A program made the translations under genes and the position numbers. A stretch of DNA of 13,233 nucleotides from an archaeon (GTDB taxonomy: Archaea; Iainarchaeota; Iainarchaeia; Iainarchaeales; 1-14-0-10-31-34): contig JBDRIL010000021.1 of NCBI GenBank assembly GCA_043815885.1, positions 1 through 13,233 of the forward strand, given 5' to 3'. A model generated the notes under the pieces. That model was given only the letters and a program-made list of their open reading frames with translations, was not told where the DNA came from and ran no database searches. Shown piece after piece: positions 1 through 6,442 of the stretch. Numbering within the stretch: position 1 is the first letter of the stretch; each line of letters starts with the position of its first letter.

Positions 1-746
1 TCCTGAAGTTCCTCGCCGTGATTTCCCCATTTCCTTCCATCAAATGAAACCCCAACTACATACCTCGTCGGAATTCCTTTAATCCTAAAGAATGCAGCTG
101 ACAGATTAGCGAATTCATCACACACTCCCTTCCTCAAAGAAAACACTTCAGTTGCAGGAAGAATCACATCATAGTACTCATAATCGTATTCAATACTGGA
201 ATGAATCCATTCCACTACTTCTCTTACTGTTACAAGAAAGGAATCAGAAGAAAAATTATCTCCCCCAAATTCCTTCAATTCACTGTCCTCTGATTCAATG
301 AACCTGCTTTCCTCAATAAATTCACTGAATTCATTTATTCCTTCTCCCAAAGAATAATCTCTTTCCACTCCAATTCCTGCATTAGTCTTAATCCTTGCAC
401 TAATCCTGTACGTGAAAGAAGGAGATTTCGCATAATTCAATAAATCCCTTATAGTGAATACAGCATAAGTATTCCCATTAATTTCTTCATGTGTCGCATT
501 AAATACATCTCCCCCAATAAACAATTCTTCCTTTAATTCAATTAATTCTTGGTTTTCAGTTTCCTTGAAAGTCAATACCTTTACCTCTATCTCATCTCCT
601 TTTCTCACCTCTCCAGAAAAACTTCCCTTTCCCTCCATTACTGCCTTTACATCCAGTTCCCTTACACTGCTTGGATCAAATTCCTCTGCACAAGCAAAAG
701 AAAAAAACAGCAAAAAAACAATCAAAACAAGAATAACTCTATTCAT
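1..746 (-). CDS. Secreted transglutaminase-like (Cys-His-Asp) domain protein, 3' end beyond the window edge
   Basis: Absent from the ORF track (no stop in window). Manual translation from ATG at 746: MNRVILVLIVFLLFFSFACAEEF (signal peptide) ... VVEWIHSSIEYDY ... RKGVCDEFANLSAAFFRIKGIPTRYVVGVSFDGRKWGNHG. GxCxxxA, GIPxR and the downstream His are the transglutaminase-core motifs; Cys codon at 122-120. Confidence 0.9.
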   Translation of the reverse strand, partial: MNRVILVLIVFLLFFSFACAEEFDPSSVRELDVKAVMEGKGSFSGEVRKGDEIEVKVLTFKETENQELIELKEELFIGGDVFNATHEEINGNTYAVFTIRDLLNYAKSPSFTYRISARIKTNAGIGVERDYSLGEGINEFSEFIEESRFIESEDSELKEFGGDNFSSDSFLVTVREVVEWIHSSIEYDYEYYDVILPATEVFSLRKGVCDEFANLSAAFFRIKGIPTRYVVGVSFDGRKWGNHGEELQ

Positions 747-793
747 CTAATCAACTTTTCTTTCTTGAAAAATAATGAAAAAAATAATCACTT

Positions 794-979
794 TTAGGCG
801 CTTCTGTCTTCCTCTTTTAATCTTTCAATTGCTTCTTTATGATGATGTTTTAATTGTTCCTCTCTTTCCTTTCTTCTTCCTTTTATTAGTATTTCACTTT
901 TAGCTTCTTTATCAAATACTATATCCCAAGCCCTTCTTTTTCTTGTCAATTTTAATTTAACTCTTCTAAACAACCCCAT
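794..979 (-). CDS. Small basic/charged hypothetical protein (61 aa)
   Basis: AGGAGG Shine-Dalgarno at 992-987, 7 nt before ATG. TATA-like TTAAATA at about 1031-1025 on the minus strand. Fills the gap between the tRNA and the transglutaminase gene. Confidence 0.7.
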   Translation of the reverse strand: MGLFRRVKLKLTRKRRAWDIVFDKEAKSEILIKGRRKEREEQLKHHHKEAIERLKEEDRSA

Positions 980-1056
980 GAATCATTCCTCCTATTAGAA
1001 TCATAAAAGATAAGTTCTTTCCATTATTTAATTCTTTTTATTTTCAGAAAAAGAAA

Positions 1057-1129
1057 TGGGCCAGGAGAGAATTGAACTCTCGACCTTTACCTTGTAAGGG
1101 TAACGTCCTAACCACTAGACCACTGGCCC
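1057..1129 (-). tRNA. tRNA-Val (anticodon TAC), intronless, CCA not encoded
   Basis: Reverse complement folds as GGGCCAG-TG-GTCTAGTGGTTAGGAC-G-TTACC-CTTACAA-GGTAA-AGGTC-GAGAG-TTCAATT-CTCTC-CTGGCCC-A: 7-bp acceptor stem, anticodon loop CT-TAC-AA, T-loop TTCAATT, discriminator A, then a T-rich tract. Confidence 0.97.
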
Positions 1130-1130
1130 C

Positions 1131-1209
1131 AAACCGCAAATCGGTTTACGCTTCACACTATTACCTCCTTTCAGTCGGTAATAGGATTTCCTCGCTTAAC
1201 GCTCGGAAA
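1131..1209. repeat. Cluster of three stem-loops, two sharing the same internal-loop architecture
   Basis: AAACCG-caaat-CGGTTT (1131-1147); CTATTACC-TC-CT-TTC-AG-TC-GGTAATAG (1158-1184); TTTCC-TC-GC-TTAAC-GC-TC-GGAAA (1187-1209). Confidence 0.75.
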
Positions 1210-1260
1210 AAACTGAACAGTATCACAATTTTTTCTCTAGAAATCAATTAAAATTAATGC

Positions 1261-1278
1261 GCAAAACCGATATATTAA
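1261..1278 (+). promoter_or_regulatory. Putative BRE + TATA box for the pilin-LamG gene (near-leaderless)
   Basis: GCAAAACCGA-TATATTAA, 28 nt before the ATG at 1307; same shape as the element upstream of hjc. Confidence 0.55.
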
Positions 1279-1306
1279 TTAACTACTTAATCCTTCTTTA
1301 ATTAGA

Positions 1307-2158
1307 ATGATTAAGAAAGGAGCTTCAGGTCAGGCAGCAATTGAGTATCTTTTATTGCTTGGTGCAGGCGTAATGCTTGCAGCATTAGTTGTATCCATTC
1401 TCACTATTGTTCTTCCTTGGCCTCAGTTCGAGCAATCAGAAGACTATTACGAAGAAAGCTACCACGAATTAGATGAAATCTCTGACCCCTGCCTTGTAGG
1501 ATGGTGGAGGTTTAATGACAGGCCTTCAGGAGGATGTGGTATTCACAGCCTAACAGCCGAAGATATTTCCGTATATAAAAATGATGCTCTCACAGATTGT
1601 ACTACTTGGAAAAATACTGATTGCGTTCAAGGCAACTGTGTTGAATTTATGTTTGGAACCTGCCCGGGAAGTTGTAGTAAAATCCCCCTGATTGAAGTCT
1701 ACAATTTTACTGATTTTACAATTGAAGTATGGGTTAATTCTACATCCAGTACAGCCACTCAAGTAATACTTCAAAGAGGTGATGAAACTTCAGGGAATGG
1801 CAGTTATGGAGTTAAATTTAATGCTTCGGGCAACGTACGAGCTTATTATGAATTAGATAGTAGTCAGACTTCGATTAATTCCCCCGGGATTTATGCTGAT
1901 GGAAGATGGCATCTTGTTGATGTAACGAGAAGTGGGACTACACTCTCTCTTTATGTTGATGGAGCAAAAGTAGCAGAGGAGCTTGCAGGCCAATCAGGAA
2001 AACTAGGGAGAAGTGATCTAGAGATGCGTATTGGGTGGGATGCTGCCTTCGATGGTTCAATTGATGATCTCAAACTATATAGGTGTGCCCTGACAGAAGA
2101 AAAAATTCTTGGGCACTGCAACAGGTATGCTTCTAATGTCGGGGTAACCTGCGGTTAA
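1307..2158 (+). CDS. Class III signal peptide (type IV pilin/archaellin-like N-terminus) protein with LamG-like jellyroll domain
   Basis: MIKKGASG|QAAIEYLLLLGAGVMLAALVVSIL: basic residues, G/Q cleavage site, E at +5, hydrophobic helix. LamG motifs LVGWWRFND, FTIEVWV, DGRWHLV, LYVDG, GSIDDLKLYRCALT. Confidence 0.88.
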   Translation: MIKKGASGQAAIEYLLLLGAGVMLAALVVSILTIVLPWPQFEQSEDYYEESYHELDEISDPCLVGWWRFNDRPSGGCGIHSLTAEDISVYKNDALTDCTTWKNTDCVQGNCVEFMFGTCPGSCSKIPLIEVYNFTDFTIEVWVNSTSSTATQVILQRGDETSGNGSYGVKFNASGNVRAYYELDSSQTSINSPGIYADGRWHLVDVTRSGTTLSLYVDGAKVAEELAGQSGKLGRSDLEMRIGWDAAFDGSIDDLKLYRCALTEEKILGHCNRYASNVGVTCG

Positions 2159-2187
2159 CTTAAAACTAATTTTATTGGATGAAAACA

Positions 2188-2230
2188 GCAAAGATTTAAA
2201 TACTCTTTTTGCGTAATAAGTTCTAGGTGA
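2188..2230 (+). promoter_or_regulatory. Putative BRE/TATA and Shine-Dalgarno for the 146-aa membrane protein
   Basis: GCAAAGA-TTTAAATA at 2188-2202; AGGTGA at 2225-2230, 7 nt before the TTG start. Confidence 0.6.
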
Positions 2231-2237
2231 TTATTTT

Positions 2238-2678
2238 TTGAGGAAAGTTACTTATTACAAGGTTGGAGGAAAAGACGTTCATCTGCCCAGACTGATTGGA
2301 GCATTTGTTTTCTTTGGGGCACTGATAATGGTACTGCAGTCAGCTGCATTAATGTTTTATGCATGGGATTCAATGCTGGCATTTCCCTCCTGTGTTTCAG
2401 ATACAACCGGAGACGACCAGATAGACCAATTGCGTTATATGGACTGCAAGGATTCACTCTATAAGTCAACCGGAGTAGCAGTAGCCGGGGGAGAAGGAAA
2501 AATAAATGCAAGACAGTTCTTTGCAGGAGCAGTAACCCCAATAGCAGCACTGTTCTTTTGGGCAATAATATTTGTTTTCGGGATAATCATTTACAAGACA
2601 GGCGATCTGGTTATTCCAATAGAGGAATCAGTAAGGGAAATAAAGGAAACAGTAAAAAAAGAAACAAAGAAGAAGTAA
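2238..2678 (+). CDS. Hypothetical membrane protein: two TM helices around a loop containing a Cys pair
   Basis: Hydrophobic segments LIGAFVFFGALIMVLQSAALMFYAW and AVTPIAALFFWAIIFVFGIIIY; TTG start with SD; Lys-rich tail. Confidence 0.82.
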   Translation: MRKVTYYKVGGKDVHLPRLIGAFVFFGALIMVLQSAALMFYAWDSMLAFPSCVSDTTGDDQIDQLRYMDCKDSLYKSTGVAVAGGEGKINARQFFAGAVTPIAALFFWAIIFVFGIIIYKTGDLVIPIEESVREIKETVKKETKKK

Positions 2679-2713
2679 TTTTCCTTTGATTTCTTCTCTT
2701 TCTTTTTTCTTTC
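2679..2713 (+). terminator. Oligo-T/pyrimidine tract, probable archaeal intrinsic terminator
   Basis: TTTTCCTTTGATTTCTTCTCTTTCTTTTTTCTTTC directly after the stop codon, between convergent genes. Confidence 0.5.
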
Positions 2714-2727
2714 AATTAATGCGTAAA

Positions 2728-4038
2728 CTATGGTTTTAAGATTACTGTCTTGATTCCTTCTTCTTCAGTTATTTTTCCTTTCCTTACCCCAACTAAATTT
2801 TTTACTCCAATGGCTTTTGCTTCGTCCACTAGTCTCTTAGTTATTATTCCGTCAAATACTATTGAATGAGCTCCTTTCACTTCCTTTAGTTTGGGCATTA
2901 ATTCCCTTACCTTTACTCTTGTTATTTCCTTGTTTCCTTCATCCAATAACACTGCTTCTAGTTTTCCTTTTACTTCATTCATTGAAGGAGAAAACATTTT
3001 CTTTTCCTCTTCAGTTGCAGGAATCTCTATTGGAGGCAATCCCATTGGAATAAAGGGCCCTCTCATTGGAGAACGAGTATAAGGTCGGCTTCCCATTGGA
3101 GGCCTTCCAGGGCCTCTTCCAGTAGGACTTCTTCTTGGAGGGCCTCTTGAAGGAAACCTTCCTTCAGTGAAAGGCTTTCTTGGAGTAAAAGTTCTTGGAA
3201 TCCTGCTTACTTCCATTACTCCTTCCCTTACAGGAGCCTTTCTCCTTAAAGAAGCAAGAATTTCTTTTCCAGTTAATTCTTCCACTTCTTTTCCGTCTGG
3301 GGCTCTTGCAATGAATTCAATTGAAGTATTTCTCGTTAACTCTCTTGTAATCAACTCTCCTCCCCTGTCTCCATCAACAAATAAAGTAACCTTTTTTCTC
3401 TTGCACAACTCAATTATTGATTCAGGTATCTTGCTTCCATTCATTCCAATAACATTGTTTATATTGTGCTTGAGTAGATTGATTACGTCAGCCCTTCCTT
3501 CAACCAGAATTATTTCTTCCTCCTTCCATACATCAGGACCAGAAGGAAGCTTGTCTGGACCGAATTCCTTTATTTCTGCAGCCCTCATTTTCTTCCTTAT
3601 CTCGTCCTCTATTTCCTGGCTTTCAGGAAGGTTTTCACTCATTAATTTTTTTAGCAATTCTTTAGCTCTATCAGTAATCACTTTCCTCTTTTCACTCCTT
3701 GCATCCTCAATCTGCTGGGTGCTGAAATGCGCTTCATACGGCCCTACCTTGTCAATGGATTCAATTGCTGCTGCAAGCAAAGAAGTCTGAACCATGTCAA
3801 GCGAAGAAGGAACAACCAGTATTCCTTTAACACTGTTTCCTTCCACTTTTTCGTCCACTACCTCAATCCTTCCAATCTTTCCTCCCTGCTGAAGCTCCCT
3901 TAAATCCATTTGGTCTCCAATAAGGCCTTCACTCTGTCCAAAGACAGCCCCGATTATATCGTGCTTGTCCACTACCCCCGTTATTTCAAAAGAACAGCGG
4001 ATATTGTACTTAACTGTACCAATATAGGTTTTACCCAT
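2728..4038 (-). CDS. dnaG: Archaeal DnaG (TOPRIM; exosome-associated RNA-binding protein in studied archaea)
   Basis: N-terminal KY..GVVDKHDIIGAVFGQSEGLIG..DLRELQQGGKIGRIEV; TOPRIM motifs VEGRADV and DGDRGG; APDGKEVEEL; C-terminal VFDGIITKRLVD. AGGTGA SD upstream. Confidence 0.96.
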   Translation of the reverse strand: MGKTYIGTVKYNIRCSFEITGVVDKHDIIGAVFGQSEGLIGDQMDLRELQQGGKIGRIEVVDEKVEGNSVKGILVVPSSLDMVQTSLLAAAIESIDKVGPYEAHFSTQQIEDARSEKRKVITDRAKELLKKLMSENLPESQEIEDEIRKKMRAAEIKEFGPDKLPSGPDVWKEEEIILVEGRADVINLLKHNINNVIGMNGSKIPESIIELCKRKKVTLFVDGDRGGELITRELTRNTSIEFIARAPDGKEVEELTGKEILASLRRKAPVREGVMEVSRIPRTFTPRKPFTEGRFPSRGPPRRSPTGRGPGRPPMGSRPYTRSPMRGPFIPMGLPPIEIPATEEEKKMFSPSMNEVKGKLEAVLLDEGNKEITRVKVRELMPKLKEVKGAHSIVFDGIITKRLVDEAKAIGVKNLVGVRKGKITEEEGIKTVILKP

Positions 4039-4100
4039 TAATTATCACCTTTTAATTTATTGTTTTTTCAGAGAATCAGAGCTAATTCAAGGCATTTTCC

Positions 4101-4379
4101 TTAAGAAAAGCCTTTTAATTGATTTATTTTTGATTTTATTTCTTTTAAGGAAGTATTTTTGATTAAAACTTTTTTATTTTTGTTTTTTTCGCCTTTAATT
4201 ATTTTTACTTCCTTTCCAAAGAATTTCTTTAATTTTTTTTCAAGTTCAGTGTTTGCTTTTCCTTTCATTGCCTTTTCCCTTACTTTCACTTTCAGGGAAC
4301 GGCTCCATTCATCAAACCCTTTAACCTCTGACTCCTTGGAGTCAGGAATCACATGAACATTCAAAATAAAGTCTTTCAT
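4101..4379 (-). CDS. DUF167 / UPF0235 (YggU-like) protein
   Basis: VHVIPDSK...LKVKVREKAMKGKANTEL...F...VKIIKGEKNKNKKV matches the VxP / GKANxEL / IxxGxxxxxK pattern of this family. Confidence 0.88.
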   Translation of the reverse strand: MKDFILNVHVIPDSKESEVKGFDEWSRSLKVKVREKAMKGKANTELEKKLKKFFGKEVKIIKGEKNKNKKVLIKNTSLKEIKSKINQLKGFS

Positions 4380-4455
4380 TCAAAAAACTCAAAAACGAAT
4401 GAATTAAGCATTAACTCAATTAACTCTAATTCTCTTTGAATAATAATTTAATAAA

Positions 4456-4470
4456 GCAAAGGTATATTAA
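4456..4470 (+). promoter_or_regulatory. Putative BRE + TATA box for hjc
   Basis: GCAAAGG-TATATTAA ending 20 nt before the ATG at 4491. Confidence 0.55.
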
Positions 4471-4490
4471 AATATTAGGTTGAAGAAAAA

Positions 4491-4898
4491 ATGGCTTACT
4501 ACAAAAAAGGAGCTAATGCTGAAAGAGAGCTTCTTCATATTTTGTGGGAGAAAGGCTTTGCTGTTGTAAGGATTGCTGGCTCTGGCGGAACGACTTTGCC
4601 TGCTCCGGACATTGTTGCCTTGAGCAGGAAGAAAAGGCTTGCATTTGAGTGCAAGGCATGGAATTCAGCTTATTTGAATATTCCTTTAAAGCAGATGGAT
4701 GAATTGATTGGATGGGGAAAGAAGGCTGGAGCCAATGTATTCATTGCATGGAAAATTCCAAATAAAGGATGGCTTTTCCTTCCGCCAAAAACCTTCTCCA
4801 AAAAGGCTTCAAACTACACTATATCCAAAAAGAAGGCCTTCTCCAAGGCAATTAATTTAAATGTAATTGTGGGAGAGCAATCAAAGCTTAAGCTTTAA
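4491..4898 (+). CDS. hjc: Archaeal Holliday junction resolvase Hjc
   Basis: KGANAERELLHILWEKGFAVVRIAGSGG...PDIVA...AFECK: the E...PD...ExK nuclease core with the Hjc-typical GFAVVRxAGSG. Confidence 0.93.
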   Translation: MAYYKKGANAERELLHILWEKGFAVVRIAGSGGTTLPAPDIVALSRKKRLAFECKAWNSAYLNIPLKQMDELIGWGKKAGANVFIAWKIPNKGWLFLPPKTFSKKASNYTISKKKAFSKAINLNVIVGEQSKLKL

Positions 4899-4908
4899 AG
4901 CTTCTTCG

Positions 4909-4924
4909 CAATATAATTATATTG
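4909..4924. promoter_or_regulatory. Perfect 16-bp palindrome, possible operator
   Basis: CAATATAATTATATTG is self-complementary; intergenic between hjc and the small ORF at 4955. Confidence 0.4.
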
Positions 4925-4954
4925 GAATAAAAACGATTTTTAGAGTGCATTTCA

Positions 4955-5098
4955 ATGGAAATAATTATGGATGAAACCATCACAAAACTCGAATCCCTTA
5001 AAAACAAGGAAAGAGGAATGAGGAACAGAATCCTCTTAGACAGTGCCATAAAGAGCCTAAGGGAATACGATAAAGCATTAAGGGACACTATTTTTTAG
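4955..5098 (+). CDS. Small helical hypothetical protein (47 aa; alternative start at 4967)
   Basis: Manual translation MEIIMDETITKLESLKNKERGMRNRILLDSAIKSLREYDKALRDTIF*. Purine-rich sense strand like the neighbouring genes, amphipathic pattern; below the ORF-track length cutoff. Confidence 0.6.
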   Translation: MEIIMDETITKLESLKNKERGMRNRILLDSAIKSLREYDKALRDTIF

Positions 5099-5137
5099 AG
5101 AAAACTTATTTATTAGTTCACTCTATTTATTTCTATT

Positions 5138-5719
5138 ATGAGTCCTCCGAAAGAGCCAAAGAGAAGAGCATTAGATAGAAAGGAACGCAGACTCCCGTCT
5201 AAAATATACCTTAAAAGATTAATCTCTAAAAGAGGAAAGAAAGGATTGCTTTACAGGAAAAGAATTGTTCACATGAGAAAAGTGAACAGGTATGCTGTTG
5301 CTTTAGGAAAGGCTTTGAATAAGAAAGGGCTTAAGATTGACCTCGGATTGGTTGATTGCGCATCTCTTTCCCATGACTTATTTAAGGGCTCAAAGACACA
5401 TGAATCAGATGCAACCAGTTTTTTTAAGGAGAAAGGCTATCCTGATTTGGCAACCAGTATTTTGATGGCGTCTCCAAGAGCAGGCCTGCTTTTTAGCAGT
5501 CGTTTGGAGGACAGGTTCCTTGCATACGCTGATTCAAGGTTTCATTTAAAAGACTTTATGTCTTTGGATGAAAGAAGAAAAATCATGCTTGTAGAAGGCA
5601 TTCCAGAAAAAGAAAAGAAAGTAATTAATGCGTTCTTTGAAGAACTAAAAGAATTCGAAAAATTACTGAAAGCAAAAGCCATAAATCCAGATAAACTAAT
5701 TAAAGCACTAAATTATTGA
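5138..5719 (+). CDS. HD-domain (HDIG-like) protein, degenerate, with a basic N-terminal extension
   Basis: H45 (RIVHMRKV), H79-D80 (SLSHDLFK), H88 and D132 (AYADSR), followed by MSLDERR, as in small HDIG phosphohydrolases. The His usually found near residue 110 is absent. Confidence 0.78.
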   Translation: MSPPKEPKRRALDRKERRLPSKIYLKRLISKRGKKGLLYRKRIVHMRKVNRYAVALGKALNKKGLKIDLGLVDCASLSHDLFKGSKTHESDATSFFKEKGYPDLATSILMASPRAGLLFSSRLEDRFLAYADSRFHLKDFMSLDERRKIMLVEGIPEKEKKVINAFFEELKEFEKLLKAKAINPDKLIKALNY

Positions 5720-6436
5720 CCCTGCGTAAAGCAGTGCGGCTGCAATTAAGCCAGAAGAAATGATTGCAATCACTTGTTCTATTCCTGCTGCTGAATTAAG
5801 GAAAGAGAATATTAAGTAAAAGGATAGAGTGGAAAAAATTATCCCCAATACAAATAACGTGTCTCTCATTCTCCTGTTCTTTACTGCAAATCCCTTTAAT
5901 TTTGCTTCAGTGATGTCCAGTTCAAACATGTCAACCTTATCAGCGGTTTCCTCAATCTTTTTCCTGCTCTTTTCCACCAGCTGGCCCATTCCTGAAATAG
6001 TTCTCTCCATTCTGCTTTGGAACTCATTCTGCTTGCTCAGAGAAAGATCTTTGAAAGTATCTAAATCCTTAATTGAATCCTTTACATGGGCTTCTACATC
6101 AGCGCCTATCTTTCCAGTGATTTCTTGCTGTACTTTCCCAGCACTTTCCTCTGCTTTCAATGAAATGAATTTATCTATCTCCATCTTTTTTGCTGCTAAT
6201 TCTGATTCAATCATCTTGCTTAATTCTCTCTTCAATAAATTGAATGTATCTGCTTCTCCCAGTAAAAGCAGTTTTTTTGCCTGTTCCTCCTTCACTCCAA
6301 CAGCCTTTAATGCAGAAATGATTTCTTTTTCCGGACGGCCTTCCCTGACCATTTCTTCAACTATCTTTATTATACTCAGTTCCTTTTGAGGAACCTTCTT
6401 CAATGTCACTTTTTCAGTCTTTTCAGCCATATCCAT
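5708..6436 (-). CDS. Hypothetical coiled-coil protein with an N-terminal helical domain and two C-terminal TM helices
   Basis: E/K-rich helical body; TLFVLGIIFSTLSFYLIFSFL and VIAIISSGLIAAALLYAGSII at the C-terminus; AGGT SD-like sequence upstream; paralogue of 6443-6934. Confidence 0.85.
   Translation of the reverse strand: MDMAEKTEKVTLKKVPQKELSIIKIVEEMVREGRPEKEIISALKAVGVKEEQAKKLLLLGEADTFNLLKRELSKMIESELAAKKMEIDKFISLKAEESAGKVQQEITGKIGADVEAHVKDSIKDLDTFKDLSLSKQNEFQSRMERTISGMGQLVEKSRKKIEETADKVDMFELDITEAKLKGFAVKNRRMRDTLFVLGIIFSTLSFYLIFSFLNSAAGIEQVIAIISSGLIAAALLYAGSII
6241..6283. repeat. Direct repeat copy 1 (42/43 nt identical to 6772-6814)
   Basis: TGAATGTATCTGCTTCTCCCAGTAAAAGCAGTTT-T-TTTGCCTG; encodes QAKKLLLLGEADTF on the minus strand. 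Confidence 0.95.
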
Positions 6437-6442
6437 TACCTT

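Noticed and set aside
549..797. Plus-strand ORFs 549-797 and 565-750
   Set aside because: Antisense shadows of the transglutaminase-like gene; S/F/L-rich with no motifs.
1057..1129. Integrated element at tRNA-Val
   Set aside because: No integrase and no convincing duplicate of the tRNA 3' end in the window, only a 9-nt T-arm match near 11272-11280.
2862..3790. Plus-strand ORFs including the 207-aa 3167-3790
   Set aside because: Antisense to dnaG; composition is what the reverse of an E/K-rich gene produces.
4903..4930. Possible Xer/dif site
   Set aside because: The ATATAA/TTATAT arms abut directly, without the 6-bp spacer of dif sites; no recombinase in the window.
4888..5088. Minus-strand 66-aa ORF
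   Set aside because: Weaker than the plus-strand 4955-5098 frame, which has the purine-rich sense bias of real genes here.
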